DNA of 64,000 bases from a virus: the IMG/VR virus record IMGVR_UViG_3300027736_000020, positions 1-64,000 of that record. One strand, given 5' to 3'. Shown piece by piece: positions 25,219 to 34,253 of the stretch; positions within the stretch are counted from its first letter, which is position 1, and each line of letters starts with the position of its first letter. The notes under the pieces were generated by a model. That model did no database searches and was not told the DNA's origin. It saw nothing but the letters and a program-made list of their open reading frames with translations. Position numbers and translations under genes: made by a program.

Positions 25219-26712
25219 TTACTCGTGCGAATTGATAACTTGACGAGCTATTGTTTGCTCTGCTATTTCAGCTTCCTTCTGAATGTATTCCCATGCAGCA
25301 TCAAGAAACTCTTCGTCGTCTTTCTGCGAATCAACGATCTTGCGTACTGACTTGCGATCATCATCGGTTGACCAGATAGATTGCAGTATTTCCATGGGGT
25401 TTTCATCCGAATATGTCGTGCGACGAGCTTCGTGGCCAATCATGCCTTCGGCTTCCACGCGAATCATTGCCACTGCCTGAGCGATTGCTTCAGGAAGCTG
25501 CGAATCAGTTGCTCGAAGCCTTGCCTTGCCACCCTTGATCTTGGTCGAGGACATCATTGTCTTATGAACTTCAATGAGGCTTGCGATAGATTCTGCTTGA
25601 TCCCGAATGTTGTCAAAGGAAGAGACACCAGATCCCAGAACACGGATCATGTCCACGACCTTCAGGACAGCATTCAGCTGCTGCGGTGACGGACTGCGGT
25701 CCTTTTCGTCAAGGAAGCTCAGGAAATTCAGGAACACATGTTCTGTGCGCTCAAGAATCGTCTTCACATACGAAACGGTAAGTTCGTGAACCTGTGTGTT
25801 CTGTGTCTGGGAAACTACCGTTGCAATCTCACTACGAACGCGACGTTCGGTGCGCTGGTTGTCAATTTCCCATTCGATTTCCTGCTTGCGGCGGATATCT
25901 TCTGTAATCCGACTTGGAAGTGGAACCCAATAGAATTGTGCTTCAACAGTGAAATTACGGATGATGTCCTCTTTTGTTGGCCAAGAACGAACAACCGCCC
26001 GCTTCCAACGTCGTGTGAACTCCAGTGCCGTGACACCATTGAGTGTCGCAGGCGATGTCTGAAGAAGTCGATTGTAGACATCGAGTGCAATATGTTCGTA
26101 ATGTCGGACAGATGAAGCCATGAGTCTGGCGTAGTTATCGACAATGATATCGGCAGTTTTCATGTGAGTCTCGCGAGCATTGTCATAATCCTTCTTCCAT
26201 CTGGTGAAGGATGACTCCGGAATGAATGTCATGCCATTCATGGGAACTGCCCAAATGCTCGGAGCAGAAATGGAAACAGGATTGCGTGTCTTCGCGTCAC
26301 TGTTTTCCTGATCCTGATCGGCAACAGGGGCATCGTACCGCGTTGGGAAGAGCATGCGAATCTGACGCTCGCTGTTTTCTGGACGAGGAATCGCTACACG
26401 GGCATTGTTCTCATTGAGGTACCACATCTCATCACGAGGGAGGAGCGAGGCACGCTGTGCGCCTCGCAGGACTGCATTGATGGATGCTTGTGTCTTGTCC
26501 TTGGACTTTGAGCGAGTAGGGACGATGCCTAGCTCATTCAGCCGGACAGAGAAACCAAAGCGTTCTGCTCCAATCCTGACGGTTGCAAGAACGCCATTCT
26601 CGAAGATCTCAGACATGCCAGCCAGCGGGGTAACCTTGTCGGTTACCCCTACGCGATTGCGGAATTCTTCGGCTGCCGTGAAAACTGCGCCATCGGTGAG
26701 TGTAAGGGTCAT
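25219..26712 (-). CDS. DUF3150-like protein
   Basis: GAQRASLLPRDEM...WAVPMNGMTFIPESSFTRWKKDY...IVDNYARL pattern, helical C-terminus. Start at ATG 26712 (AGGAAGGA RBS). Confidence 0.5.
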   Translation of the reverse strand: MTLTLTDGAVFTAAEEFRNRVGVTDKVTPLAGMSEIFENGVLATVRIGAERFGFSVRLNELGIVPTRSKSKDKTQASINAVLRGAQRASLLPRDEMWYLNENNARVAIPRPENSERQIRMLFPTRYDAPVADQDQENSDAKTRNPVSISAPSIWAVPMNGMTFIPESSFTRWKKDYDNARETHMKTADIIVDNYARLMASSVRHYEHIALDVYNRLLQTSPATLNGVTALEFTRRWKRAVVRSWPTKEDIIRNFTVEAQFYWVPLPSRITEDIRRKQEIEWEIDNQRTERRVRSEIATVVSQTQNTQVHELTVSYVKTILERTEHVFLNFLSFLDEKDRSPSPQQLNAVLKVVDMIRVLGSGVSSFDNIRDQAESIASLIEVHKTMMSSTKIKGGKARLRATDSQLPEAIAQAVAMIRVEAEGMIGHEARRTTYSDENPMEILQSIWSTDDDRKSVRKIVDSQKDDEEFLDAAWEYIQKEAEIAEQTIARQVINSHE

Positions 26713-26740
26713 TGGCTGTTCCTTCCTGTGGTGATGGATA

Positions 26741-28675
26741 TTACCGGACAGAGCGCTTGCTGGGGCTGAAATCTTCGTCGTCAACCTCTTTCAGCAGTTC
26801 CTTGACCTCTGCTTGCTTGCGGACTTCAAATCCCGGAGGAAGAAGATCCAGATCGCTGGCTTGAGTAGCCGCCAGATAGGATAGCGCTTCGGTTTTTGCA
26901 GTGTCAACACGGTAGGCATTGACAGCACGAAGCAGATACTCAGCCACATTTTCGTTGAAATCTGCTTCATTTCGCGATGCAATGGAAGCTGCTTTTTCGG
27001 CAAGAACAGAAAGTTGCGCTTGGGTATACCAGCGTGTTGACGCATCGGAAACAACATCATCGGGGATGACAATCATGTTTTTCGGAACACCTTGTTCCCT
27101 GACAAGCACATTGATCAGGACTGCCTTGCGATCTTCTGCAAGCATTGGAGGAAGCATTGGAACAACGGTCTGTAAACGTCTGCGCATTGCAGAATCAATA
27201 TTATCAGCGCGATTGGTTGCACCTACAAGAAGAAGCTTTCCCTTGATCTCGTCTCGCTCAAGCCAAGGCATCAGGATGCTCAGCATCTTGCTTCCCACAC
27301 CAGAAGTGTCTACTGATCCGCCATCACGGGAAGTAAGCGCCACATCAATTTCGTCGATGAAAACCATGCAAGGCAGGTTGGCCTCAACCCAATCAAGCAC
27401 TCCTTGAAGCTGCTTCTCGGAATCACCAACCCACTTGCTTTGCGTAAGCGCAGGAGACCAGTACACGCACTTGTATCCAAGCTCATAGGCAAGTGCGTAG
27501 GCAAGCAAGGACTTGCCCGTGCCGGGAGGTCCAGCCTCAAGGATGTTGGCATTCCGCAGTTTTCCTGCACGGAATTGACGCAGGAACCACTCGAAATACT
27601 CGATCAGGTATTCAGGGAACCCGTAGTCTCGAAGCCCCAGCGTGGGATTGATTACGTTCAGGTAATCTGCACCACCTTGTCCTCCAAATTGCTCAGCAAT
27701 GGCATCGTTGATAATTTTCGACACCATGTCGCGAGTGAGGATGGAATTGCGTTCTCCGGTCAATCGAACAACTTCGATCTGACGAATTGACAATCCACCT
27801 GTCGCTCCTGCAAGCCAAGACACATACTCTTCCTGCGCAACATTTGACCCGAAGTCAATTTCAATCTGGGAAATGTATTCGTCTGTCAGAACCTGATTGC
27901 GAATAAAATGCTCTCTCTCCGAAGCACTTGGAAAACCAACATTGATGGGTGTCCAGCCACTTTGTGTAACTCCACGTGAGAGAACGGAATTGATGTCACT
28001 TTTGTCATCACAGATGCCAATGATCAAGTGCCCACCCTTAGTATTGCGGAACTTTTTTCCATGACCGCCAATGTTTTCGAGGTCAAGTCCCCAGCTTCGA
28101 AGACCCAAGATGCACGTCGTGAACATGTTTCCAATGGTGTCCCATTGTCCACGAGGAGCGACAGTCTGGAATTCATCAAAAATGACACAAAGGCGAATGT
28201 CTGATTGGTTGAGCGCATTGTTGATCAGGGAAAAAGCCTGCTCTGGCGTCTTGGAACGCTCTAGGATGTCACCTTCCGTTGATCCACCAGCCATGGAAGA
28301 GATCGGTCCTCCGCGCATGATCGCAGAACCACCTGAAGGCATTTGCGGAGAAGAAGATTCCTGCTTGCGAACGATGCCCTTGAACTTCTCACGATCTTCT
28401 GCCCGTTTCTTTTCCGGGCCCATGAAAGAAAATCCCTTGAATCGGTCATATCGGACAATGATGTCAAAATCGATCCCCGATGGCTTTTCAGGAACAAACT
28501 TGTTTCCAAATACGTGATAGATATTTGCATGCACGTCAAGACCCATGGCATCCATGTCCTTGATGCCTGTTCCGGAAAGAAGGAACGCATGTGATTCGCC
28601 AGTGCGGTATTTCCTGAGCAGAGTCTTCAACCATTCAGGACGAGGTCCAGCAGTTTGCGTAAGTATTGCGCTCAT
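26741..28675 (-). CDS. AAA+ ATPase, Ycf46-like architecture (degenerate N-terminal AAA + active C-terminal AAA)
   Basis: Walker A GPPGTGKS, Walker B VFIDEID, SRH ATNRADNIDSAMRRR; N-terminal remnant CVIFDEFQ; start ATG 28675 with GAAAGG RBS. Confidence 0.88.
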   Translation of the reverse strand: MSAILTQTAGPRPEWLKTLLRKYRTGESHAFLLSGTGIKDMDAMGLDVHANIYHVFGNKFVPEKPSGIDFDIIVRYDRFKGFSFMGPEKKRAEDREKFKGIVRKQESSSPQMPSGGSAIMRGGPISSMAGGSTEGDILERSKTPEQAFSLINNALNQSDIRLCVIFDEFQTVAPRGQWDTIGNMFTTCILGLRSWGLDLENIGGHGKKFRNTKGGHLIIGICDDKSDINSVLSRGVTQSGWTPINVGFPSASEREHFIRNQVLTDEYISQIEIDFGSNVAQEEYVSWLAGATGGLSIRQIEVVRLTGERNSILTRDMVSKIINDAIAEQFGGQGGADYLNVINPTLGLRDYGFPEYLIEYFEWFLRQFRAGKLRNANILEAGPPGTGKSLLAYALAYELGYKCVYWSPALTQSKWVGDSEKQLQGVLDWVEANLPCMVFIDEIDVALTSRDGGSVDTSGVGSKMLSILMPWLERDEIKGKLLLVGATNRADNIDSAMRRRLQTVVPMLPPMLAEDRKAVLINVLVREQGVPKNMIVIPDDVVSDASTRWYTQAQLSVLAEKAASIASRNEADFNENVAEYLLRAVNAYRVDTAKTEALSYLAATQASDLDLLPPGFEVRKQAEVKELLKEVDDEDFSPSKRSVR

Positions 28676-28691
28676 TGTCAATGCCTTTCAA

Positions 28692-29264
28692 TCAAGCGTA
28701 AAGGTTGGAAGCGATTGCACGCTGGGATTCTTCATCGATGTCTTGCTTGATGATGTCAACTGACAAACCAAGGCGACGAAGATACTCAAGTACCCGCCCG
28801 AATTCTCCTCCTGATAGCCACACGCTATCATCATGCAATGCGTCAAGAAAATCAATCTCGAATTGCAAGTCACGAAACAATGTCACACCAATGGTGGCAT
28901 TACGGGTTTCATCCCGAGCTTCGATGATCCACGCACCCTCGAAGTCTGTCGAGAATGTTGCAGTCATCGTGTAGCCATCTGCTTGCAATGCCGCAAAGAT
29001 CTGCGATGCAACATAGGACTGCTGATATCTCTCGACAACAATTGCTTGATCGACTGCAGAGAGCGAAGAGATTCCTGAGATCATCAATGATGAAGAGACA
29101 TCATCGTAGCTGGCGCGATTATTCTGGGTGGTGACATAAAAGCCTGCAGGAATGGTCAGGCCAAGATTTGCAATCTCAGATTCCCAGAACGGGGTTGCTT
29201 TCTGAATCCATTCGTAGCTTGCGTCGGTGATGGCGGTTTTCACCAGAATGTCATGGCACGGCAT
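28692..29264 (-). CDS. Ycf35/DUF1257-like protein, possibly fused to a DUF2997-like C-terminal half
   Basis: HDILVKTAITDA resembles Ycf35 HFSTLRTKITDA; QSYVASQIFAALQADGY resembles QxYAxxxxxxxxxxxG; AAAGGA RBS. Confidence 0.45.
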   Translation of the reverse strand: MPCHDILVKTAITDASYEWIQKATPFWESEIANLGLTIPAGFYVTTQNNRASYDDVSSSLMISGISSLSAVDQAIVVERYQQSYVASQIFAALQADGYTMTATFSTDFEGAWIIEARDETRNATIGVTLFRDLQFEIDFLDALHDDSVWLSGGEFGRVLEYLRRLGLSVDIIKQDIDEESQRAIASNLYA

Positions 29265-29305
29265 CAGGGGTGGTCCTTTCAGGTAAGTGTTGTTGCGCCG
29301 ACCAG

Positions 29306-29335
29306 AGCATACCCCCGACAGTCCGCGGTTGTCAA
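29306..29335 (-). promoter_or_regulatory. Sigma70-type promoter TTGACA-18-TATGCT
   Basis: Perfect -35 (29335-29330) and -10 TATGCT (29311-29306) in the intergenic gap, about 40 nt before ATG 29264. Confidence 0.8.
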
Positions 29336-29344
29336 GGGATGTTT

Positions 29345-29905
29345 TTAAATTCCATGAATGGTGTGCTGGAGCTCACGGTTCCCGATGTGTTTGATACCAT
29401 TGACGGATTCCTGCATGTCTCGCTGGATACCCTTGATCTTTTCTGCGGTGGCACTTACGGTATTGTACTTCCGTTTTGGTTCTTCTCCGGAAACAAGATT
29501 GAGCTTTCTTGCAATACTGGGAAATAGTTCAGAAAACGCTCCAACATTTGATGTTGCAAGTTCCCCTGCGGCTTTTACAGATTCCTGAGTCATTTTCGTA
29601 TCCGTATTGGGATTCTTTCCGGATAGTGTCAATATTACTCTTGCGTATGTTTCATCACACTGAGTCTGATATTCGTTTTTTAATTCTATTGCATCAGCAT
29701 ACAATAATCCGAGTTTATAATTCAACGTTATGAGTTTTGTCAACATTTCTTTTGAAGCATCAATATCCCGTAAATCCAATCGGGAAAATTCATAAAGAAA
29801 CGTACTGGATTCTTCAATAGCCGGAGTAATTTCTGTATCCAGCCAAACCCTTACCGGATCTTCAGTCTCTGTAATGATGTCCACGGAACATCCTTCTCTC
29901 TCCAA
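29345..29905 (-). CDS. Hypothetical coiled-coil protein (weak resemblance to UvsY-like recombination mediators)
   Basis: All-helical 186 aa; the family call is low confidence. Confidence 0.6.
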   Translation of the reverse strand: MEREGCSVDIITETEDPVRVWLDTEITPAIEESSTFLYEFSRLDLRDIDASKEMLTKLITLNYKLGLLYADAIELKNEYQTQCDETYARVILTLSGKNPNTDTKMTQESVKAAGELATSNVGAFSELFPSIARKLNLVSGEEPKRKYNTVSATAEKIKGIQRDMQESVNGIKHIGNRELQHTIHGI

Positions 29906-30462
29906 AGGGAGAGTGTTTTTTTATTATCCTCACTGAGGACGCTAAAGGATTCTACCACGCCACGGGTTATGGCGTAGGAAATCGCCGCGGGAATGTTGGA
30001 TCGCAAAAGAATGCGAGCCATGCTATCCTTCGCTGCAAATGCCAAAAGCGCAACGAATTGTTCTTCGGTCGCCATGATCTCTTCGCATGGGATGGCTTCG
30101 GAAAAATTTTTCCCTGAGATGCCAAGTTCTTCCCAGTGTTTCTTGCCGGGAGTTGCCAAACCATGAAGCGCTTTGTGATGATTATTCGGAAAAAAGTCTC
30201 CGCACAGATAAAGATGATTAGTAAAATCATCAATTCGCGATTTGGATTGAGAACGCGGTATAACATGATGAAGATCCAATGGGTGATCAACGGTGCCACA
30301 TGAGAAACATCGAGGAACGGCGCATTTGCCAAATCGTTCGGCTTGGCTTTCCTGCAAGGAGGAAGGCATTCGCATGCTCAGGAGTTTTCGAAGGCTTTCG
30401 GGGTTCCGATGAACCCCGAAGACCTTGAAAAGCTGAGTTGCCTTTGAAAAACTATCTGCCAC
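29851..30462 (-). CDS. HNH endonuclease-like protein
   Basis: CFSC...LDLHHVIPRS...NHLYLC...HHKALHG. Start uncertain (GTG 30462 or ATG 30375). Confidence 0.75.
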   Translation of the reverse strand: MADSFSKATQLFKVFGVHRNPESLRKLLSMRMPSSLQESQAERFGKCAVPRCFSCGTVDHPLDLHHVIPRSQSKSRIDDFTNHLYLCGDFFPNNHHKALHGLATPGKKHWEELGISGKNFSEAIPCEEIMATEEQFVALLAFAAKDSMARILLRSNIPAAISYAITRGVVESFSVLSEDNKKTLSLWREKDVPWTSLQRLKIR

Positions 30463-31225
30463 CAATGACCTGTTGCTTCTCGTATTCTGTTTCCGGATGA
30501 TCACCAGAATGATCCAATTCAACTTCTTGCGCAGGAGCCAACTGGCTCTTCAATGCTCCGATTTCATTGATCCAGCTTTCAACACTGGTTTCATTTGCAT
30601 TCAATCCTGCCATCAAACGAATTACTGCTTCGGCATTTCCAATGAAATTGAGCTCACGCACCGTGTTGATAAGTGACTTTTCTGCATCGCTTAGCATGTC
30701 ATATTCTCCCTTGTTGTCTTCGCTAGGAACATAATTGTCATAATCTCTGCAAAAATTCAGAGGATTCGTATATGTGGCAAGCATCTGCTCTTTGCTTAAT
30801 CCTCCACCCCAGTAACCCCAATTCTGAGGTCTTTCCTTTTTTACTTCATAATGAAGATGTGCAAATTGCTGACCGCCTGATTTTCCACATTCTCCAATTT
30901 TTTCTTCTCGATTTACGCTTTTTCCAATATCATCAGTGCCATAAACAAAACTGTTTGCATGACAATAATGAACCCAAGATCCAACATGCGGACCTTCCGT
31001 GATTTCCCACCATTGATGTTTTCCGTATCCTCTTGCTGTCTCTTCATGTGCGCGAAGCTCCATCTTGCAGACAGCAACAAGCGTCATACCTATGTCTCCA
31101 TCACCTCCGTTTCCGGCATTGAAATCCAGTCCCGGATGGAACTGGTTTGAATATGTGCTCCATTCACCAAAATCATAGCCACCCATGGTAGGGTTGTTTT
31201 CACGAGCCTCTAACAATGGAAACAT
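30452..31225 (-). CDS. M23-family peptidase, probable endolysin
   Basis: HPGLDF (HxxxD), GYGKH, HYCH, GECGKSG, AHLHYEV (HxH); AAGGAG RBS. Confidence 0.88.
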   Translation of the reverse strand: MFPLLEARENNPTMGGYDFGEWSTYSNQFHPGLDFNAGNGGDGDIGMTLVAVCKMELRAHEETARGYGKHQWWEITEGPHVGSWVHYCHANSFVYGTDDIGKSVNREEKIGECGKSGGQQFAHLHYEVKKERPQNWGYWGGGLSKEQMLATYTNPLNFCRDYDNYVPSEDNKGEYDMLSDAEKSLINTVRELNFIGNAEAVIRLMAGLNANETSVESWINEIGALKSQLAPAQEVELDHSGDHPETEYEKQQVIGGR

Positions 31226-31228
31226 GTG

Positions 31229-31597
31229 TTACTCCTTGTTTTTTCGTAGTTCTTTGGGAACGTCCTGATCAAAATCTCCTTTCTCAATTCGATATTTTAT
31301 AAAATCCCACCTGTTGCGGAGTTTTTGATCTGCCATGTAAGGATTCAGATGTTCTTGAAGAATTTTTTCACTTGTCCATGATTCGCGCAACGCGAGAAGA
31401 GACTTTTTTTGTTCTTCCGTAAGTTCCGTGTTCCATCTCTTTTCGCATGTTTCAAGTGTTGATTTGCGTTCATGAAGAAGCATTTCGAGATTATCTCTGG
31501 CTTCTTCGCTGTCTCTGCCACGACCGATTCCTTGTCCTCGCATTTCCCTGCATGTGCGTGTTCTCTCATGAAACGGGTTTGTCGTATAATTTTGCAT
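31229..31597 (-). CDS. Hypothetical protein
   Basis: 122 aa, RBS AAGGAAAGG. Confidence 0.7.
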   Translation of the reverse strand: MQNYTTNPFHERTRTCREMRGQGIGRGRDSEEARDNLEMLLHERKSTLETCEKRWNTELTEEQKKSLLALRESWTSEKILQEHLNPYMADQKLRNRWDFIKYRIEKGDFDQDVPKELRKNKE

Positions 31598-31619
31598 ACC
31601 TGTTTCCTTTCCTTGAGTT

Positions 31620-31889
31620 TTATTGCAACATCATATTAAGGTTCATTATGAAATCCCAAACAAAATGAATGATTCCGTCTACAAAATCTTCATAAGGCTT
31701 TACATATTCCTCAAGTCCAATTAAATTTAATGCTGTATCTACGGTTCCTGCAGATGCAATTGCTTTTGCAATCCATATTACTATTCGAAGTCCAGCAAGA
31801 ACCGTTGCGGTAGTAGCAACGATTCTTCTCCAATGTTGGATGCAGGATTTCACAAGAAAAGGGAACCGAGACCGAGTGTCCTCTTCCAT
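31620..31889 (-). CDS. Small membrane protein, holin candidate
   Basis: Hydrophobic IVATTATVLAGLRIVIWIAKAIA; two genes upstream of the endolysin; GGAG RBS. Confidence 0.4.
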   Translation of the reverse strand: MEEDTRSRFPFLVKSCIQHWRRIVATTATVLAGLRIVIWIAKAIASAGTVDTALNLIGLEEYVKPYEDFVDGIIHFVWDFIMNLNMMLQ

Positions 31890-31919
31890 GTCTTATCTCC
31901 ATAAGACATTATCGCTTAT

Positions 31920-32966
31920 CTATGTAGAAAAAATTGTCTTGTTGTTTGCCTCATGAAAATCATATAAAAATTGATAACCATTCATGTACTGCACAGCGTC
32001 TTCTGCAGTAGGGAAACAAAGATGCTTGCGCTTGCCTTTTTCCATCGGAAAATAGACAACCGTTGGAGTTCCAATGGAAGGCTGTCCAAAATACCGTTGA
32101 CTGTACGTATCCTTGATCTTGTATGTTCCGGTCTTGATCAGATAGGAGCGACCACCAAATTCATAGCCAAGAGCCTCTGCAATTTCGTAATGAGTATATT
32201 GTTCAAAATCAGGACTGTGCGTATGTCCGGTTGCAACAACATGAGCCGGAAAACGTGTTTGATACAGTCGTTTGTTGCCAGCAAGCTTGTGCGCACTGTT
32301 ATGAGAACGAGACTGATGCATGATCAAATGTGTGTAGAATGTGTCACCAATGTATAATTCAACAAAACCTTCTCCATCGAGAGCAATGGTCTTGCCTTTT
32401 CGGACTCCTTCGCGCCAAATAAAATTGGCTGCTTCATACCCAATGACTCGCTCATCAAACTCAACGGAATGGTTATCCCATGTGATGATCCACAACTTGT
32501 TGGCTTCCACAAGTCGAGAAGCAATGTCTTCAAGAACAAGGTTCTGCAAGTCTCCGGCAAATGCCTGTCCATGTACCGCAGAAACATTCTTGAACGATCC
32601 AAAATTGTCCTTGAGATCACCCACCGTTGCCAGTCCCAATCGTGGAGTATTCAGGATGTAATCCAGATCATGTTGCATCTGGTCGTAATCACATCCAAGG
32701 CTTCCAAGATGCCAGTCAGACGAATACACGATGGCAACAGGACCGTCTGCATGTCGAAGGTCCAGATATGCCCGTTCCGTTCGATACGATGTTTGCTCCT
32801 TGAGTTTCTGGAATTCCTTTGCAACACGAAAAACATCTTCGTATCTGACTTTGCCTTCCGGAGAAAAAGGAATCTGTGGAATGATCTGTCCTGTGTGGTC
32901 ATATCCATTGGAAGACAATGGGATTTCTTGCAAGCGAAGTTTTGGGTTTGCTCCTGCGCTTTTCAT
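31920..32966 (-). CDS. Calcineurin-like metallophosphoesterase
   Basis: SDWHLG, GDLKDN, DNHS, GHTH; start ATG 32966 with AGGAG RBS. Confidence 0.88.
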   Translation of the reverse strand: MKSAGANPKLRLQEIPLSSNGYDHTGQIIPQIPFSPEGKVRYEDVFRVAKEFQKLKEQTSYRTERAYLDLRHADGPVAIVYSSDWHLGSLGCDYDQMQHDLDYILNTPRLGLATVGDLKDNFGSFKNVSAVHGQAFAGDLQNLVLEDIASRLVEANKLWIITWDNHSVEFDERVIGYEAANFIWREGVRKGKTIALDGEGFVELYIGDTFYTHLIMHQSRSHNSAHKLAGNKRLYQTRFPAHVVATGHTHSPDFEQYTHYEIAEALGYEFGGRSYLIKTGTYKIKDTYSQRYFGQPSIGTPTVVYFPMEKGKRKHLCFPTAEDAVQYMNGYQFLYDFHEANNKTIFST

Positions 32967-32990
32967 GTTAACTCCTGTTTTTTGCGGCAA

Positions 32991-33023
32991 ATAAACAAGA
33001 ATCCCCGCAATAAAGCGGGGATT
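32991..33023 (-). terminator. Rho-independent terminator
   Basis: AATCCCCGC-(6)-GCGGGGATT 9-bp stem followed on the minus strand by CTTGTTTATTT. Confidence 0.75.
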
Positions 33024-33053
33024 CAATCACACACTTCAAGAAAGTTTACCAGA

Positions 33054-33452
33054 TTACTTCGGAGTATTGTTCTCGGCTTGCTTGGCAGTTACTGCCTCGT
33101 TGGAGATAAAGAACTTGCCCCAAACTTTTGCACTTGGGAATTCCTGCTCAAGAGCATTCTGCTCACTTACCGCACGGTTCAATCGTTCCGTGGCAGTGCT
33201 CAATCGCTGTTCGTTATTTCGCGTAGACGCAAACCTGACATCAACCTGCGCACGGATCTTCTCGCGCTCAAGTTCTGCCCAGAGTTCTCCTGAGTACTTT
33301 CCTGAAGCAAGAATATCCACGAATTCCTCATACGGCATGTCTCCAGTGCCCTCAGGGGTTTCATCTTCGGGATGTTCCTTGGCAATTCCGTCAATAATCA
33401 TTTCTTCCTCCGAGATCTTGCCATTCCTGTTGTTCTTGGTGAGCGCTGCCAT
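33054..33452 (-). CDS. Hypothetical coiled-coil protein
   Basis: Start ATG 33452 with AAGGAG RBS. Confidence 0.75.
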   Translation of the reverse strand: MAALTKNNRNGKISEEEMIIDGIAKEHPEDETPEGTGDMPYEEFVDILASGKYSGELWAELEREKIRAQVDVRFASTRNNEQRLSTATERLNRAVSEQNALEQEFPSAKVWGKFFISNEAVTAKQAENNTPK

Positions 33453-33487
33453 TGTTCTCTCCTTCTGCCAACACATGTGGCATTTGT

Positions 33488-33517
33488 ATTATAGCAGATT
33501 TTTTTTGATTTCTTGAA
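33488..33517 (-). promoter_or_regulatory. Extended -10 promoter TGCTATAAT (possible -35 TTCAAG)
   Basis: Perfect TGnTATAAT about 36 nt upstream of ATG 33452. Confidence 0.6.
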
Positions 33518-34253
33518 GAACGGCGCATTTAAGCGACGGATTGAACCTGTTGTATCTCCATTGCAAGGTTTGATAATTCTTGAAATGACTTGTTAACGAT
33601 TCACACGCGATAGCAGATGAATGAAGAAAATTATTTGGACGAAACTCTTTAAGAATTATTTTTTTGTCTGTATAAAACTTTACATACATGGATGGATCTC
33701 CATCTTTACATTTAAAGGTTTTAATATTATTCCACAGAAGATACTCAACATTGAGGGCTCGAAACCATTGACCAATATCAAATTTTCCAGTCACTTGTGC
33801 TCCGTATTGAGAAGCAACAGTGTTGTGCAAATATGGAGGTAAAATTTCCATTTCAAGCGAGTCTTCACAAAAAAAGATAGTTTGAAATTCAAAAGATACA
33901 GACATTCTCTGCGACTGTTGATTGTTTGTTAAAGATGGAACGTTTTCAGCGTTATAGTCTGGATTTCCAATACGCAAAAAATGTGCATTTTTTGGGCTTC
34001 CAATAAGTTTTTTTTCTTCGTCAAATTCAAAATCAGCATCAATTGGAAATTTAAAAAATAACATATTTGATTTTGAATCTTGATGAGCAGGACAAGACAG
34101 CAATACTTGAGACCTCGTATCCTTTTGATTCATATCTATATCGTCTTTGTTTAGGAAAACGGGATTCTCTTGAACTAGTCTTCGTATTGCCCAATCGGTT
34201 TCTCTTGCGTGTATTGCCCAATATACAGTAATAGAATTTTCATTGAGGCTCAT
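33489..34253 (-). CDS. Conserved-looking phage hypothetical protein (AT-rich)
   Basis: SCPAHQD, ILPPYLH, GKFDIGQWFR motifs; start ATG 34253 overlapping the upstream stop. Confidence 0.7.
   Translation of the reverse strand: MSLNENSITVYWAIHARETDWAIRRLVQENPVFLNKDDIDMNQKDTRSQVLLSCPAHQDSKSNMLFFKFPIDADFEFDEEKKLIGSPKNAHFLRIGNPDYNAENVPSLTNNQQSQRMSVSFEFQTIFFCEDSLEMEILPPYLHNTVASQYGAQVTGKFDIGQWFRALNVEYLLWNNIKTFKCKDGDPSMYVKFYTDKKIILKEFRPNNFLHSSAIACESLTSHFKNYQTLQWRYNRFNPSLKCAVLQEIKKNLL

Noticed and set aside
29851-30462. HNH as an intron-encoded homing endonuclease
   Set aside because: It lies between intact genes, not inside a split gene; a free-standing nuclease of this kind is ordinary in phages.
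32469-33293. 274-aa plus-strand ORF
   Set aside because: Antisense to the metallophosphoesterase and the next gene, and crosses a terminator.
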